Assembly (NCBI GenBank): GCA_041746255.1
Contig: JBGTHM010000075.1
Span: forward strand, 1 to 47,656
Length of the DNA stretch: 47,656 nucleotides
Source of the DNA: Fibrobacteria bacterium
GTDB lineage: Bacteria > Fibrobacterota > Fibrobacteria > UBA11236
Direction: 5' to 3'
Made by a program: the position numbers and the translations under genes. The notes beneath the pieces are model-generated. The model did not search any database. It saw only the letters and a program-made list of their open reading frames with translations, and was not told the origin of the DNA. Of this stretch, positions 27,223-35,666 are shown piece after piece. How positions within the stretch are numbered: the first letter of the stretch is position 1; every line of letters starts with the position of its first letter.

Positions 27223-28284
27223 TTAGGCGGACACTTTTCGGGTATCGGAAACAGGAAGGGTCAGATCTCCTTGATGAATCCGGGAAATTGGATATGAGAG
27301 GCAGTAGCTCATGCTTTTCAGAAAATTCCGGGGCGTTTCCATGTCGCAAAGCAATTCGTTGGCACTCAGCATTTCCGGTTGGAAGCGATTTTCCCGGCTG
27401 CGCTGTAAAGTGAGGAATTGTTCGAGGCAAACCTGGCCCCGGCTGGATAGCACGAGTACCTGAGATAAGAACCGGCCGGTATTCTCTTTGGAATAGCCCA
27501 ACGCCCAAAACGCACTCCAGACCTGTTCCATGAGGGATTCGAATTCGGAAGCGAGTACCCCGACATCCGCAGCCGATGTGGCCAGGGTTTGGACCCCTGC
27601 CTGAAGGTCGGCATGCGTATCGAAGATATCGTCCATCAATTGAATAAGCCCCCCAAGTTTAAAAAAGGCGTCCTCCTCTTTAGGTTTGGGGTCGTTGTTC
27701 AACAGGGTTCGATACAAAAGCGCGGAGTGCCCTCCTTTTTCCAGCGTAATGCGACGGATTTCGGGTTGGGAAAGGGAGGTTTCCAGTGCCTGCAACTGAC
27801 TTTCTTTTTGTGCCTGGTAAACGTTTTGGAAATGAAATTGGAAACTTTTTTTATCCGATATGCCGGCATAAATTTGTTCAAGAGCCTGGGAAAGCAGCCG
27901 TTCGGAAAAAGTGTCCGGAATAAAACGGCGGTGATCCTCTATGAGAAGCAAGAGCCTATCTTCGGCGGATTCCGGCTGATCAAACAAATCATCGAATAAG
28001 GGCGCAAAAATAGAAAGGTTCAGAAAACCGCTTCTCTCGGTAGTGCTCATGGGGGTTCCCCGCAAAGTACTGAACATCTGACCCAAGGTACTGCCGAGCA
28101 GAACATATTCGCGTAAGCGGTGCAATTCCGAATTTTCAGGAGGGCTTTTGCCCTCGGACGCCAAGGCGATATTCCTGTCCAGCTCCCGGTAAACCCGCGC
28201 ACGATTGAGCACCAGAAACGCGGAAAGGGAGAACAGCGCCATGGGGATGGTTTTCAAGTTGCTGAATTTAATCGGCATATGCAT
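27223..28284 (-). CDS. Class I isoprenoid synthase (terpenoid synthase fold) superfamily protein
   Basis: Two Asp-rich motifs, FDDLFD and QLMDDIFD(THADL), plus ITLEKGG; helical protein. Confidence 0.65.
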   Translation of the reverse strand: MHMPIKFSNLKTIPMALFSLSAFLVLNRARVYRELDRNIALASEGKSPPENSELHRLREYVLLGSTLGQMFSTLRGTPMSTTERSGFLNLSIFAPLFDDLFDQPESAEDRLLLLIEDHRRFIPDTFSERLLSQALEQIYAGISDKKSFQFHFQNVYQAQKESQLQALETSLSQPEIRRITLEKGGHSALLYRTLLNNDPKPKEEDAFFKLGGLIQLMDDIFDTHADLQAGVQTLATSAADVGVLASEFESLMEQVWSAFWALGYSKENTGRFLSQVLVLSSRGQVCLEQFLTLQRSRENRFQPEMLSANELLCDMETPRNFLKSMSYCLSYPISRIHQGDLTLPVSDTRKVSA

Positions 28285-28296
28285 ATTGTAGAAAAT

Positions 28297-29127
28297 ATGG
28301 ACTTTATTTTGGGCCTTTCTCGTCAGTCGTACCCTGAAGGTATACTGGGTTTAGGGCGGGCAGGTAAACCCCTTATTTGGGGTATTTGGTGGGTTTTCCT
28401 GACCTTTACGGCACACGCCCAAGTGAATACCGAAGCCTTGCGGGGACCGGCGCGCGAGGCCGGTTTTTATGCCACGCTTGAGGGGAACTTTACCCTGGTG
28501 GCGGGGAATTCCGATTTCGTTAAAACCAATGGATTGGCACGTCTGGATTTCGTGCATGGGAAATACCACGGATTTTTGCTGGGGAATTATGAATTGGGGC
28601 AGCAGGACGGCCAATCCTTTATTCATAATGGCTTTTCCCATTTCCGCCATGTCTATGAATTCGCGGGTTCCACCGCCGTGGAAGGGTTCGGCCAGCTGGA
28701 GTTCAATGAATTTTTGCTTTTAAGATTTCGTCGCCTATTGGGGGGAGGCTTAAGATTAGGAAGGCCTCCCCGTCAAGCCGATAAGACTCCGTTATGGAAA
28801 ACCTATGTGGGTTTGGGTCTCATGCATGAGCTCGAAAAAATCGATACTAGCCCCATTTCCGAAACTTCGCTTTTTCGGGGTACCTCCTATGTTAACTTCC
28901 GGATCGATTTCGATACACGCTTCACGGGGCATGCCATAGTCTATTATCAACCGGCGGTTACCGACTGGGAAGATTATCGCATATTAGGCCAGGCGGGATT
29001 GCTCTTCCACCTTACTCGGGGACTCGCGCTGGAAACCCGTGGTAAAACCCGTTTCGATAGCGAGCCGCCGGTCGGGGTCCGCGGTTATGATTTCGAAATG
29101 GTCAATGGATTTCGTATCTCCTTCTAA
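28297..29127 (+). CDS. DUF481 family outer-membrane beta-barrel protein
   Basis: Signal ..AHA-QVNTE, GNSD, GQLEFNEF..R.LLGGGLR, YYQP..DYR and C-terminal Phe. Start uncertain. Confidence 0.75.
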   Translation: MDFILGLSRQSYPEGILGLGRAGKPLIWGIWWVFLTFTAHAQVNTEALRGPAREAGFYATLEGNFTLVAGNSDFVKTNGLARLDFVHGKYHGFLLGNYELGQQDGQSFIHNGFSHFRHVYEFAGSTAVEGFGQLEFNEFLLLRFRRLLGGGLRLGRPPRQADKTPLWKTYVGLGLMHELEKIDTSPISETSLFRGTSYVNFRIDFDTRFTGHAIVYYQPAVTDWEDYRILGQAGLLFHLTRGLALETRGKTRFDSEPPVGVRGYDFEMVNGFRISF

Positions 29128-29132
29128 AGCCG

Positions 29133-30233
29133 TTATTTATTTTGGAGTGCATCGATGCCTTCGGCAGCGACTCCCAAAGGATATCGAAGTCGATACAACT
29201 CGAACCCAACCTGTTTGGCCACCCTTTCGCATTCCTGGAAATAGCCTTTTGCTAGACGGGCATAAGGAAGAAATTGATTGGCCACCACCCAGGCCTCTCC
29301 CTCCGGTCCCAAAGCACGTGCCGCTGCAGCTAAGGTTTTTTCGGGCAAGCCATAATCCGTTCGCTTACCGGAATGGAAGGGAGGGTTGGTGAGAAGTAGA
29401 TTACAATTGGAAAAACCATGGTTGGATAAGTCGGCGCAGACGACTTCGCCCTGAACTCCCTGTTCCCTGAAATTCGCACGTGTCATTTCCACCGCCGGAA
29501 AGAGTGCGTCAATCGCGCCTACCCAAACGGCGCCGGCGCGGAAAGCCGCTAAACCGAGGAGCCCCGCACCGCAGGCCAAGTCAACGACCTTTTTCCCCCG
29601 GCAATCCGGGATATGTTCCAGCAGCAGGTTCGTGGCGGGATCGGTGGCGCGATAGGCGAATAGTCCGGGCCGGGTCCGATAGGAAAACGAGCCTATCGCC
29701 GAGGTCTCCACTACATGGGTACGGGTATCGAAATATTCGCTGGTATCGGGAGCCAAGGCCACCGAAGTGGTTTTAACGAAGAGGAGTATCCGGGACGATG
29801 ATTTGATACGTATGGTTTGGGCGTTTCCGAAAACGGCTTCGCTTTTTTCCAACAAGCTCTTAATACCTTCGTCGTTTCGTCCGGCGACATACAACTTTCC
29901 ATTTTCACGGAGGCGGCTGAAGGCGGAATGCAAAGCGGCCTGATTTTTAACGCCTTCTTTTTGCAGCCGGTATAACACGACATCGTATGCCGGTTCTTCG
30001 GCCTCCGGGCGGGGGAGATCCGCGAGCCTGCATTCCACGGTATCGGGATGCTTTGCCAGGGCGTCAACGCGATTTTCCAAATGCGCTCCCACCCAGGAGT
30101 TCTGAACCCTCACATGCTTGAATTTACCTCCGAAGCGGGGTATCCAGGGGCCGGGCGGGCACTCGAGCAAAAGCAGGGAGTCGCCGGATAAGTCGAGGAA
30201 TTCGGCCGTGATTTGGGAGGCGGGATCAGTCAC
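29133..30233 (-). CDS. RsmC/RlmG-like class I SAM rRNA methyltransferase
   Basis: GRNDEGIKS, RPGLFA...DPATNLLL, DLACGAG, NPPFH and VVANQFLPY. Confidence 0.82.
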   Translation of the reverse strand: MTDPASQITAEFLDLSGDSLLLLECPPGPWIPRFGGKFKHVRVQNSWVGAHLENRVDALAKHPDTVECRLADLPRPEAEEPAYDVVLYRLQKEGVKNQAALHSAFSRLRENGKLYVAGRNDEGIKSLLEKSEAVFGNAQTIRIKSSSRILLFVKTTSVALAPDTSEYFDTRTHVVETSAIGSFSYRTRPGLFAYRATDPATNLLLEHIPDCRGKKVVDLACGAGLLGLAAFRAGAVWVGAIDALFPAVEMTRANFREQGVQGEVVCADLSNHGFSNCNLLLTNPPFHSGKRTDYGLPEKTLAAAARALGPEGEAWVVANQFLPYARLAKGYFQECERVAKQVGFELYRLRYPLGVAAEGIDALQNK

Positions 30234-30990
30234 CGGGAAGGTCTCCTGGAGGCTGATGGATAAGCTTCCTATCCTCCGGTGAGAGGTGAGCCCACTGCTT
30301 CGGTTCGAGGGTGTCGGGCAAGGTATAGCCTCCGATGGCGAAGCGATGGATGGAAGCGCATCGGTTGCCTACGGCGCCCAACATCCGTTTGATTTGGTGA
30401 TAACGTCCTTCGCGTAAACCGATTTCGAAACCTTTTTCATCGAGGCGATGCACGCGGGCCGGAAGGGTCGGTGTTTCTTCTCCCCGCAGGAATACGCCCG
30501 TACGCAGCTTTTGCAATTGCTCTTCGCTTAATGGGTGTAGCGCCTCCACTTTATACGAACGCATGACATGTTTTTGCGGTGCGTTGAGGCGATGATTGAA
30601 TTCCCCATCGTCCGTAAACAGGATAAGGCCCGTCGTATCAGCGTCCAGGCGTCCCACCGCCTGCAATCCTCGCGTTAAAAAAGGACGGGGAAAGAAATCG
30701 AAAATGCAAATATTGTGGGACGGTGACCGGCTGCACTCCACTCCCGCGGGTTTGTGGAAGGCAAGATACAGATTTTCCCTATAGGGAATTTGACACTTGC
30801 CATCGTCCAGCCATAGGCCATCCACCGGAAACTCCGCTTTGGGATCCTCTATGATTTGCCACTCTTGCGGATCGGGTTGTTCCCAACGGAAGCGAAAGTA
30901 GCCAGTTCTAAGAATCGAGGCGCATTCTTTGCGGGTTCCGAACCCCTGAGACTTTAAAATTTGTAATGCCGAGAGCAAACGTTTTGCCAT
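30226..30990 (-). CDS. rsuA: 16S rRNA pseudouridine synthase (RsuA family)
   Basis: HKPAG, VGRLDADTTGLILFTDDG, EGRYHQIKRM and IHRFAIG. Confidence 0.88.
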   Translation of the reverse strand: MAKRLLSALQILKSQGFGTRKECASILRTGYFRFRWEQPDPQEWQIIEDPKAEFPVDGLWLDDGKCQIPYRENLYLAFHKPAGVECSRSPSHNICIFDFFPRPFLTRGLQAVGRLDADTTGLILFTDDGEFNHRLNAPQKHVMRSYKVEALHPLSEEQLQKLRTGVFLRGEETPTLPARVHRLDEKGFEIGLREGRYHQIKRMLGAVGNRCASIHRFAIGGYTLPDTLEPKQWAHLSPEDRKLIHQPPGDLPGD

Positions 30991-30991
30991 G

Positions 30992-31765
30992 CTATTGCAG
31001 CCGCTTATAGATAACCAGCGCCCGGTCCAGGCTGGTATTGACGATGCGATAGCGGTGATCCCTGACCAATTGGTAGTCGGAGGGATTGACCTCCCGCATT
31101 TCCTCGTCCACGTTGGGGCCTTTCATGAAAATGGCCTGGCCCCCCAGGGCCAGGGAATTACCCAAGCGCGGCAGGGTTTTGGGAATCACTTCGAATGCGC
31201 GGGTAATGGCCCCTTGCACCGGCTGGGTGAAGCTGCGGGAAGTGAATTTGTGGCCGAATACCGAAATTTTTTCCAACCTGAGTTCACGGATCACGGTTTC
31301 CAAATATTCGACGCGTCGCGGCCTGGGTTCTGAGAGGATTATTTCCGTGTCGGGAGACATCAGCTTGATGAGGATTCCGGGAAAGCCCGCTCCCGTACCA
31401 ATATCCACCAGGGGGCTCGGCCATTTCCCCTGCAACAATTGATGCACGATTATGCAATCGACATAATGCCTTTGCACGATGGTTTCAAAGCCGATCAAGC
31501 GCGTCAAATCCTGGTCGTGATTGTGCTTGCGCAGCAATTGGTGCAAAATCCACAGTTTATCCAAAACATCGGAAGGCAAAGTGATCCCGTGATGTTCCAT
31601 CAAACGTCCGAGTTCGGATTTGGAAGGAGCCGGTGCTCTTGGGTGCGCATGTCCCTGACTTCCTCGTTGAGGGGTTCCGCCTTTTTCCCATGCGGGCATT
31701 CGCGGGTTACGCTGGGAGTGGGATTGCCGCGCAGGTGTTTTCGCGGACCTGTTTCCGGATTTCAT
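30992..31765 (-). CDS. rsmG: 16S rRNA m7G527 methyltransferase
   Basis: DLTRL, HYVDC, DIGTGAGFPGI, TRAF and MKG; ATGA overlap with the glnE stop. Confidence 0.88.
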   Translation of the reverse strand: MKSGNRSAKTPARQSHSQRNPRMPAWEKGGTPQRGSQGHAHPRAPAPSKSELGRLMEHHGITLPSDVLDKLWILHQLLRKHNHDQDLTRLIGFETIVQRHYVDCIIVHQLLQGKWPSPLVDIGTGAGFPGILIKLMSPDTEIILSEPRPRRVEYLETVIRELRLEKISVFGHKFTSRSFTQPVQGAITRAFEVIPKTLPRLGNSLALGGQAIFMKGPNVDEEMREVNPSDYQLVRDHRYRIVNTSLDRALVIYKRLQ

Positions 31766-34700
31766 GGGGACTCTCCCGGGTGACCGGGGTTGGGATTCAG
31801 GGTATTCGCTTCCGCCGGTTGATTGGTTTTATAGTCAAAAAAGCTGCTGGATAATTCCTGGAGCGTCAGCATATGCTGACGGTATTTTTGCATGAATTGA
31901 TTCGCCGCGCTCTGGCCCAAGCGGGGTTCGAAGCCCATTCTTTTCGCCAACTTTTCCAATTCAACGGAGGAGGTGGGTAAAACATGCCGTTGCAGCAATC
32001 CTTGCAATTGCAAGACATGCTCGATGCGGCGCAAAAAGACATAACTGGCGGTGAGCAGGTCATAAAAATTGGAACTCAGCAACCGATAGCGGTAAAGCAG
32101 GTTTAAAGCGGTTTGGGTGTTTCCCGTTATCAATTCGGGTAAAGCATGCGCATGCAGAATTTGCATGTATTGCACATAGAATTCGATGGTGCGAATCCCG
32201 CCCGGCCCTAATTTAACTTCCGAGGTAAGCAGGTTTTCGCGCCGGAGTTTATCCAGGCCCATCAGCCGCACCTTTCGCATGCTCTGTTCGATTTTCGCGA
32301 GGTTGTCCGGGGACACGGAGGATTTCTGGATAGTACCCACCAAATCCTGTCCCATGGCCAGATTTCCCGCAATAGGGCGGGCCTTGAGCCAGGCTTGCAT
32401 TTCCCAACCTTCCGCCGTTTCGAGAAAGTAGCTGCGGTAATGTCCCAGCGTGGCGGTTATCGGTCCCTGGTTTCCGTAAGGCCGTAAATTGGTGTCTACG
32501 CGAAACATCTTTCCATGCACGCTGGGCGAAGAAAGCACATTGATGAGACTTCGCGCGCATTTCTCCAAAACTTCCCGCTCGCTTTGATTCGCCTTTTCGG
32601 GATCGAATACGAATACGATATCGATGTCGGAACTATAATTCAATTCATTACCGCCTAATTTTCCCAAGGCGATAACCGTCATGGCATCCATCAGTTCTTC
32701 GGCATTTTCCATGGCGAAGACGAGACGGTAGGCGTGGGAAAGCAGGGCGTTGGACAGATAGCTTATTTCGGAGGTGATATTCTGCAGCGGCAGGTGGAGA
32801 TAGATATCGCGCAATCCGATACGGAGGTATTCACGGTTCCGATACCTGCGCATCCGGTCCAATATTTCTTCCGGTAGGCCCGGGGCATCGGCCAAATCCC
32901 TGACCTCCTGGTCCGATTCCGCCGCCAGCTTCGGTTTTTCCAGGTATCCGGGGTGGGCGAGGGTAAGCACGTAATCGGGTTGCAGCAGGAGGATCTGGGT
33001 GAGGAAATCGCTATGACTGAAGATTTTAATCATCACTTCCAACAAAGAGGGATGGTCCAACATTTGACGGACGAAATAATCCGCATCGGGAAGTACTTCC
33101 AGATAATTGACCAGATGCCGGAGCACGGCGTCGGAATCCGGGCAATTCCGCAATTTGGCTTCGCCCACCACGAGCACCGCACAGAGAATTCCCTTGTCGT
33201 GGGTATGTGATAGGAGATCGAGCATCATCGCGTTTCCAACGCGAGTATCCCGAATTCCCAGCCATTGCAGGGCTTCGGCCCTTTCCTCCGCATCCGAGGC
33301 GGGATTGAGGAAAACCGTCGAGAGGCAGCCCTGTAACGATGCCGGCTCGGAGCCTCCTAAAAACCGATGGGCGTGGATGGCGTGAACGTCTTTGCGGGTT
33401 TTTTGCAAATCCCAGTCGAGCTGTGCATCCGCGGAATAATTTTCGTTGGAAATGTAACCCATGCGTTTGGCCAGATAGAAAAATGCGTGGGTGTTTCGCT
33501 CGGGTACCCACAAATCGCGGGAATGCCCGCGTACCATGCGCAAGGCGTCGACAAGGCGCCGGAGAAAGGCATATCCCTTGAATAGAATTTCAAACTCGCC
33601 CGCCGTGAGCAAGCCGGCCTCCATGAGGCTCTCCAGGGCCTTACCGGTATGGGCTTGACGCAAACCCGGAAACGCTTCTCCGTGCAGCAATTGCAGGAAT
33701 TGTACCGTGTATTCCACTTCCACCAGGCCGCCGATGGCGTATTTGGCATTGATACGGTGTTTATCCGCTTTGAGATCCAACTGTTTCTTGCGCAGCTCCA
33801 AAGTATTCTCGATGGACACCGGCGGGTTACGGTAGATCAATTCGTCGCGACAGGCGAGTACACGGGTGAGAAATTCGGTGGCTTCCAAACCGGCTGGACG
33901 CACGGCGACGGGCCGTAAGCGAATCAATGCCTGTCTTTCGTAATCCAGCGCCTCTCCGCCGGGAGCGTAATATTCCCGCCAGACCGCGAAGTTCGAAGCC
34001 AGCGGCCCGCTTTCGCCGTGCGGCCGCAGTCTTAAATCGAGTTCGAATATGCCCTCGGCCTTGGCGCTCAAACTCCGGGCCAATTCTTTGACGACCCGGG
34101 TGAAAAATTCGGCGTTGCTGATGGATTGCGAGGCATGATGGGTTTCCCCAGCGGATTCATAAAGCATTTGCAATTCGAGGTCGGAGGCATAGCCCAATTC
34201 CCGACCCCCCAGTTTCCCTTGGGCGAAGAGACCGAAAGGACAGGGGCTCCCGTTCTGGGTGGGGATGCCGAATTCGGTGGAAAGCTTGGTGTATGCCAGG
34301 TTCAGCGCCGCCGAAATCGCAACGTCCGCTAGGTCGGTGATCTCCCGGGAAAACTCGTCCTGGGGCTTATGCGGATAAACAAGGTGCAGCACATCGAGAC
34401 GGAAAAGTTGAAAATCCTTGAAACGATTGACCGCCGCGATTTTGGAATCGTGATCATCGTCGCATTTTGCCAGTTCCATGCGCAACAAGGCCGCGAATTC
34501 CTCAAGCGAGGGTGATTTATTCCCTTCGTCCAGGGTGTGAAACAGGGTTTTGATTGCATCGGGGGGGAACTTGGCCATTTCACCGGCTAGAAAAGTCCCC
34601 ACGCTCAGAATTTTCGCCAAAGTGGACAGGGTGGTGAAATCCTGGTACCCGGGTAGTTCGACTTCGGTAGTCCGTTCCGTCAGGCCATCGATGTAGTCGT

Positions 34701-35568
34701 TGAAGCTTTGAATCGCGGCTTGATAGTCGGAGGCTTGGGGAAGGCCCGACATGAACCTTTCCATCAGAATGATTCCCACTTTAAGCCTATCCAGCAGCCG
34801 GGTATCGGTAATGGGCCGATGCATGTCATCGGTAATGAAGATATCGTCTTCGACAATCCCGTTATTCGATCGGGTCAGGATTTTATGGATATGGATGCCT
34901 CTCAGGCTGAGGGCGTTACTGAGGGTGAACAGCAGCGCCTTACGATCGGTGCCGCGGATAGTGAGGATGGTGTGCCTCTCGTCGGCCTGGGCGGTGATTT
35001 CCAAGGGTAGGCGGGGCTCTTCCTGTTCGGCAGGCTTTCGGCTCAAATATTCGCCTATGCGTAAATACAAATCCGCGCGAAGGTCTGAAAATCTCCCTGC
35101 CTTAAGCTTCTCCATCATATCCGTAAACTCGGCGCGGAGGTTGGCTTCGAATTCCGGTGTGAGAAACCCCGTCTGGGGATGTTCCAGAATCAGGAAATCG
35201 ATGATGAGGGTTTCACCGGCTTTTCCATTGGATTGGGGATTTGCATAAGTGAAAACTTTGCCGAGAGTTATGTCGAAGTCATGACTTGCGAGCAGGCCGG
35301 AAAGCGCTGCAAAAAATCCCGGAAAATCCTGTCCGACCACGGTAAATGCGCAAGTGACCGGATCCAACGAGGATATTCGAAAAGCCAGAGGGCTGCCGGG
35401 TACAAGCGCTGCGATTTGGTTTGCATGCTCAAGGATTTCCGCCACGGAAAATTGATTGAAATAATCGGAATCGAGAGCCTCAATATGCTTTTCCAATAAA
35501 CCGGCGGGGAAGTCCCGGGCATAAAGCAGGAGTTCGCTTTTTTTTTCGGAGGGTGATTGTGGAGGCAT
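31762..35568 (-). CDS. glnE: Glutamine synthetase adenylyltransferase/adenylyl-removing enzyme with N-terminal ACT domains
   Basis: Two NT domains (GKLGGRELGYASDLE; GKLGGNELNYSSDID), each with a LRP.G motif; two ACT-like domains in the first ~270 aa; adjacent to glnA. Confidence 0.9.
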   Translation of the reverse strand: MPPQSPSEKKSELLLYARDFPAGLLEKHIEALDSDYFNQFSVAEILEHANQIAALVPGSPLAFRISSLDPVTCAFTVVGQDFPGFFAALSGLLASHDFDITLGKVFTYANPQSNGKAGETLIIDFLILEHPQTGFLTPEFEANLRAEFTDMMEKLKAGRFSDLRADLYLRIGEYLSRKPAEQEEPRLPLEITAQADERHTILTIRGTDRKALLFTLSNALSLRGIHIHKILTRSNNGIVEDDIFITDDMHRPITDTRLLDRLKVGIILMERFMSGLPQASDYQAAIQSFNDYIDGLTERTTEVELPGYQDFTTLSTLAKILSVGTFLAGEMAKFPPDAIKTLFHTLDEGNKSPSLEEFAALLRMELAKCDDDHDSKIAAVNRFKDFQLFRLDVLHLVYPHKPQDEFSREITDLADVAISAALNLAYTKLSTEFGIPTQNGSPCPFGLFAQGKLGGRELGYASDLELQMLYESAGETHHASQSISNAEFFTRVVKELARSLSAKAEGIFELDLRLRPHGESGPLASNFAVWREYYAPGGEALDYERQALIRLRPVAVRPAGLEATEFLTRVLACRDELIYRNPPVSIENTLELRKKQLDLKADKHRINAKYAIGGLVEVEYTVQFLQLLHGEAFPGLRQAHTGKALESLMEAGLLTAGEFEILFKGYAFLRRLVDALRMVRGHSRDLWVPERNTHAFFYLAKRMGYISNENYSADAQLDWDLQKTRKDVHAIHAHRFLGGSEPASLQGCLSTVFLNPASDAEERAEALQWLGIRDTRVGNAMMLDLLSHTHDKGILCAVLVVGEAKLRNCPDSDAVLRHLVNYLEVLPDADYFVRQMLDHPSLLEVMIKIFSHSDFLTQILLLQPDYVLTLAHPGYLEKPKLAAESDQEVRDLADAPGLPEEILDRMRRYRNREYLRIGLRDIYLHLPLQNITSEISYLSNALLSHAYRLVFAMENAEELMDAMTVIALGKLGGNELNYSSDIDIVFVFDPEKANQSEREVLEKCARSLINVLSSPSVHGKMFRVDTNLRPYGNQGPITATLGHYRSYFLETAEGWEMQAWLKARPIAGNLAMGQDLVGTIQKSSVSPDNLAKIEQSMRKVRLMGLDKLRRENLLTSEVKLGPGGIRTIEFYVQYMQILHAHALPELITGNTQTALNLLYRYRLLSSNFYDLLTASYVFLRRIEHVLQLQGLLQRHVLPTSSVELEKLAKRMGFEPRLGQSAANQFMQKYRQHMLTLQELSSSFFDYKTNQPAEANTLNPNPGHPGESP

Positions 35569-35606
35569 TTTCGAGGCATTCCATCCGGGATATTCCGGTT
35601 GCAGCT

Positions 35607-35644
35607 AAAATAGAAAAAGGCCCCCTCATGGAAGAGGGAGCCTT
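35607..35644 (-). terminator. Rho-independent terminator after glnA
   Basis: Minus strand GGCTCCCTC-ttccat-GAGGGGGCC followed by TTTTTCTATTTT. Confidence 0.7.
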
Positions 35645-35666
35645 AAAGAACCGGATATATCAGATA

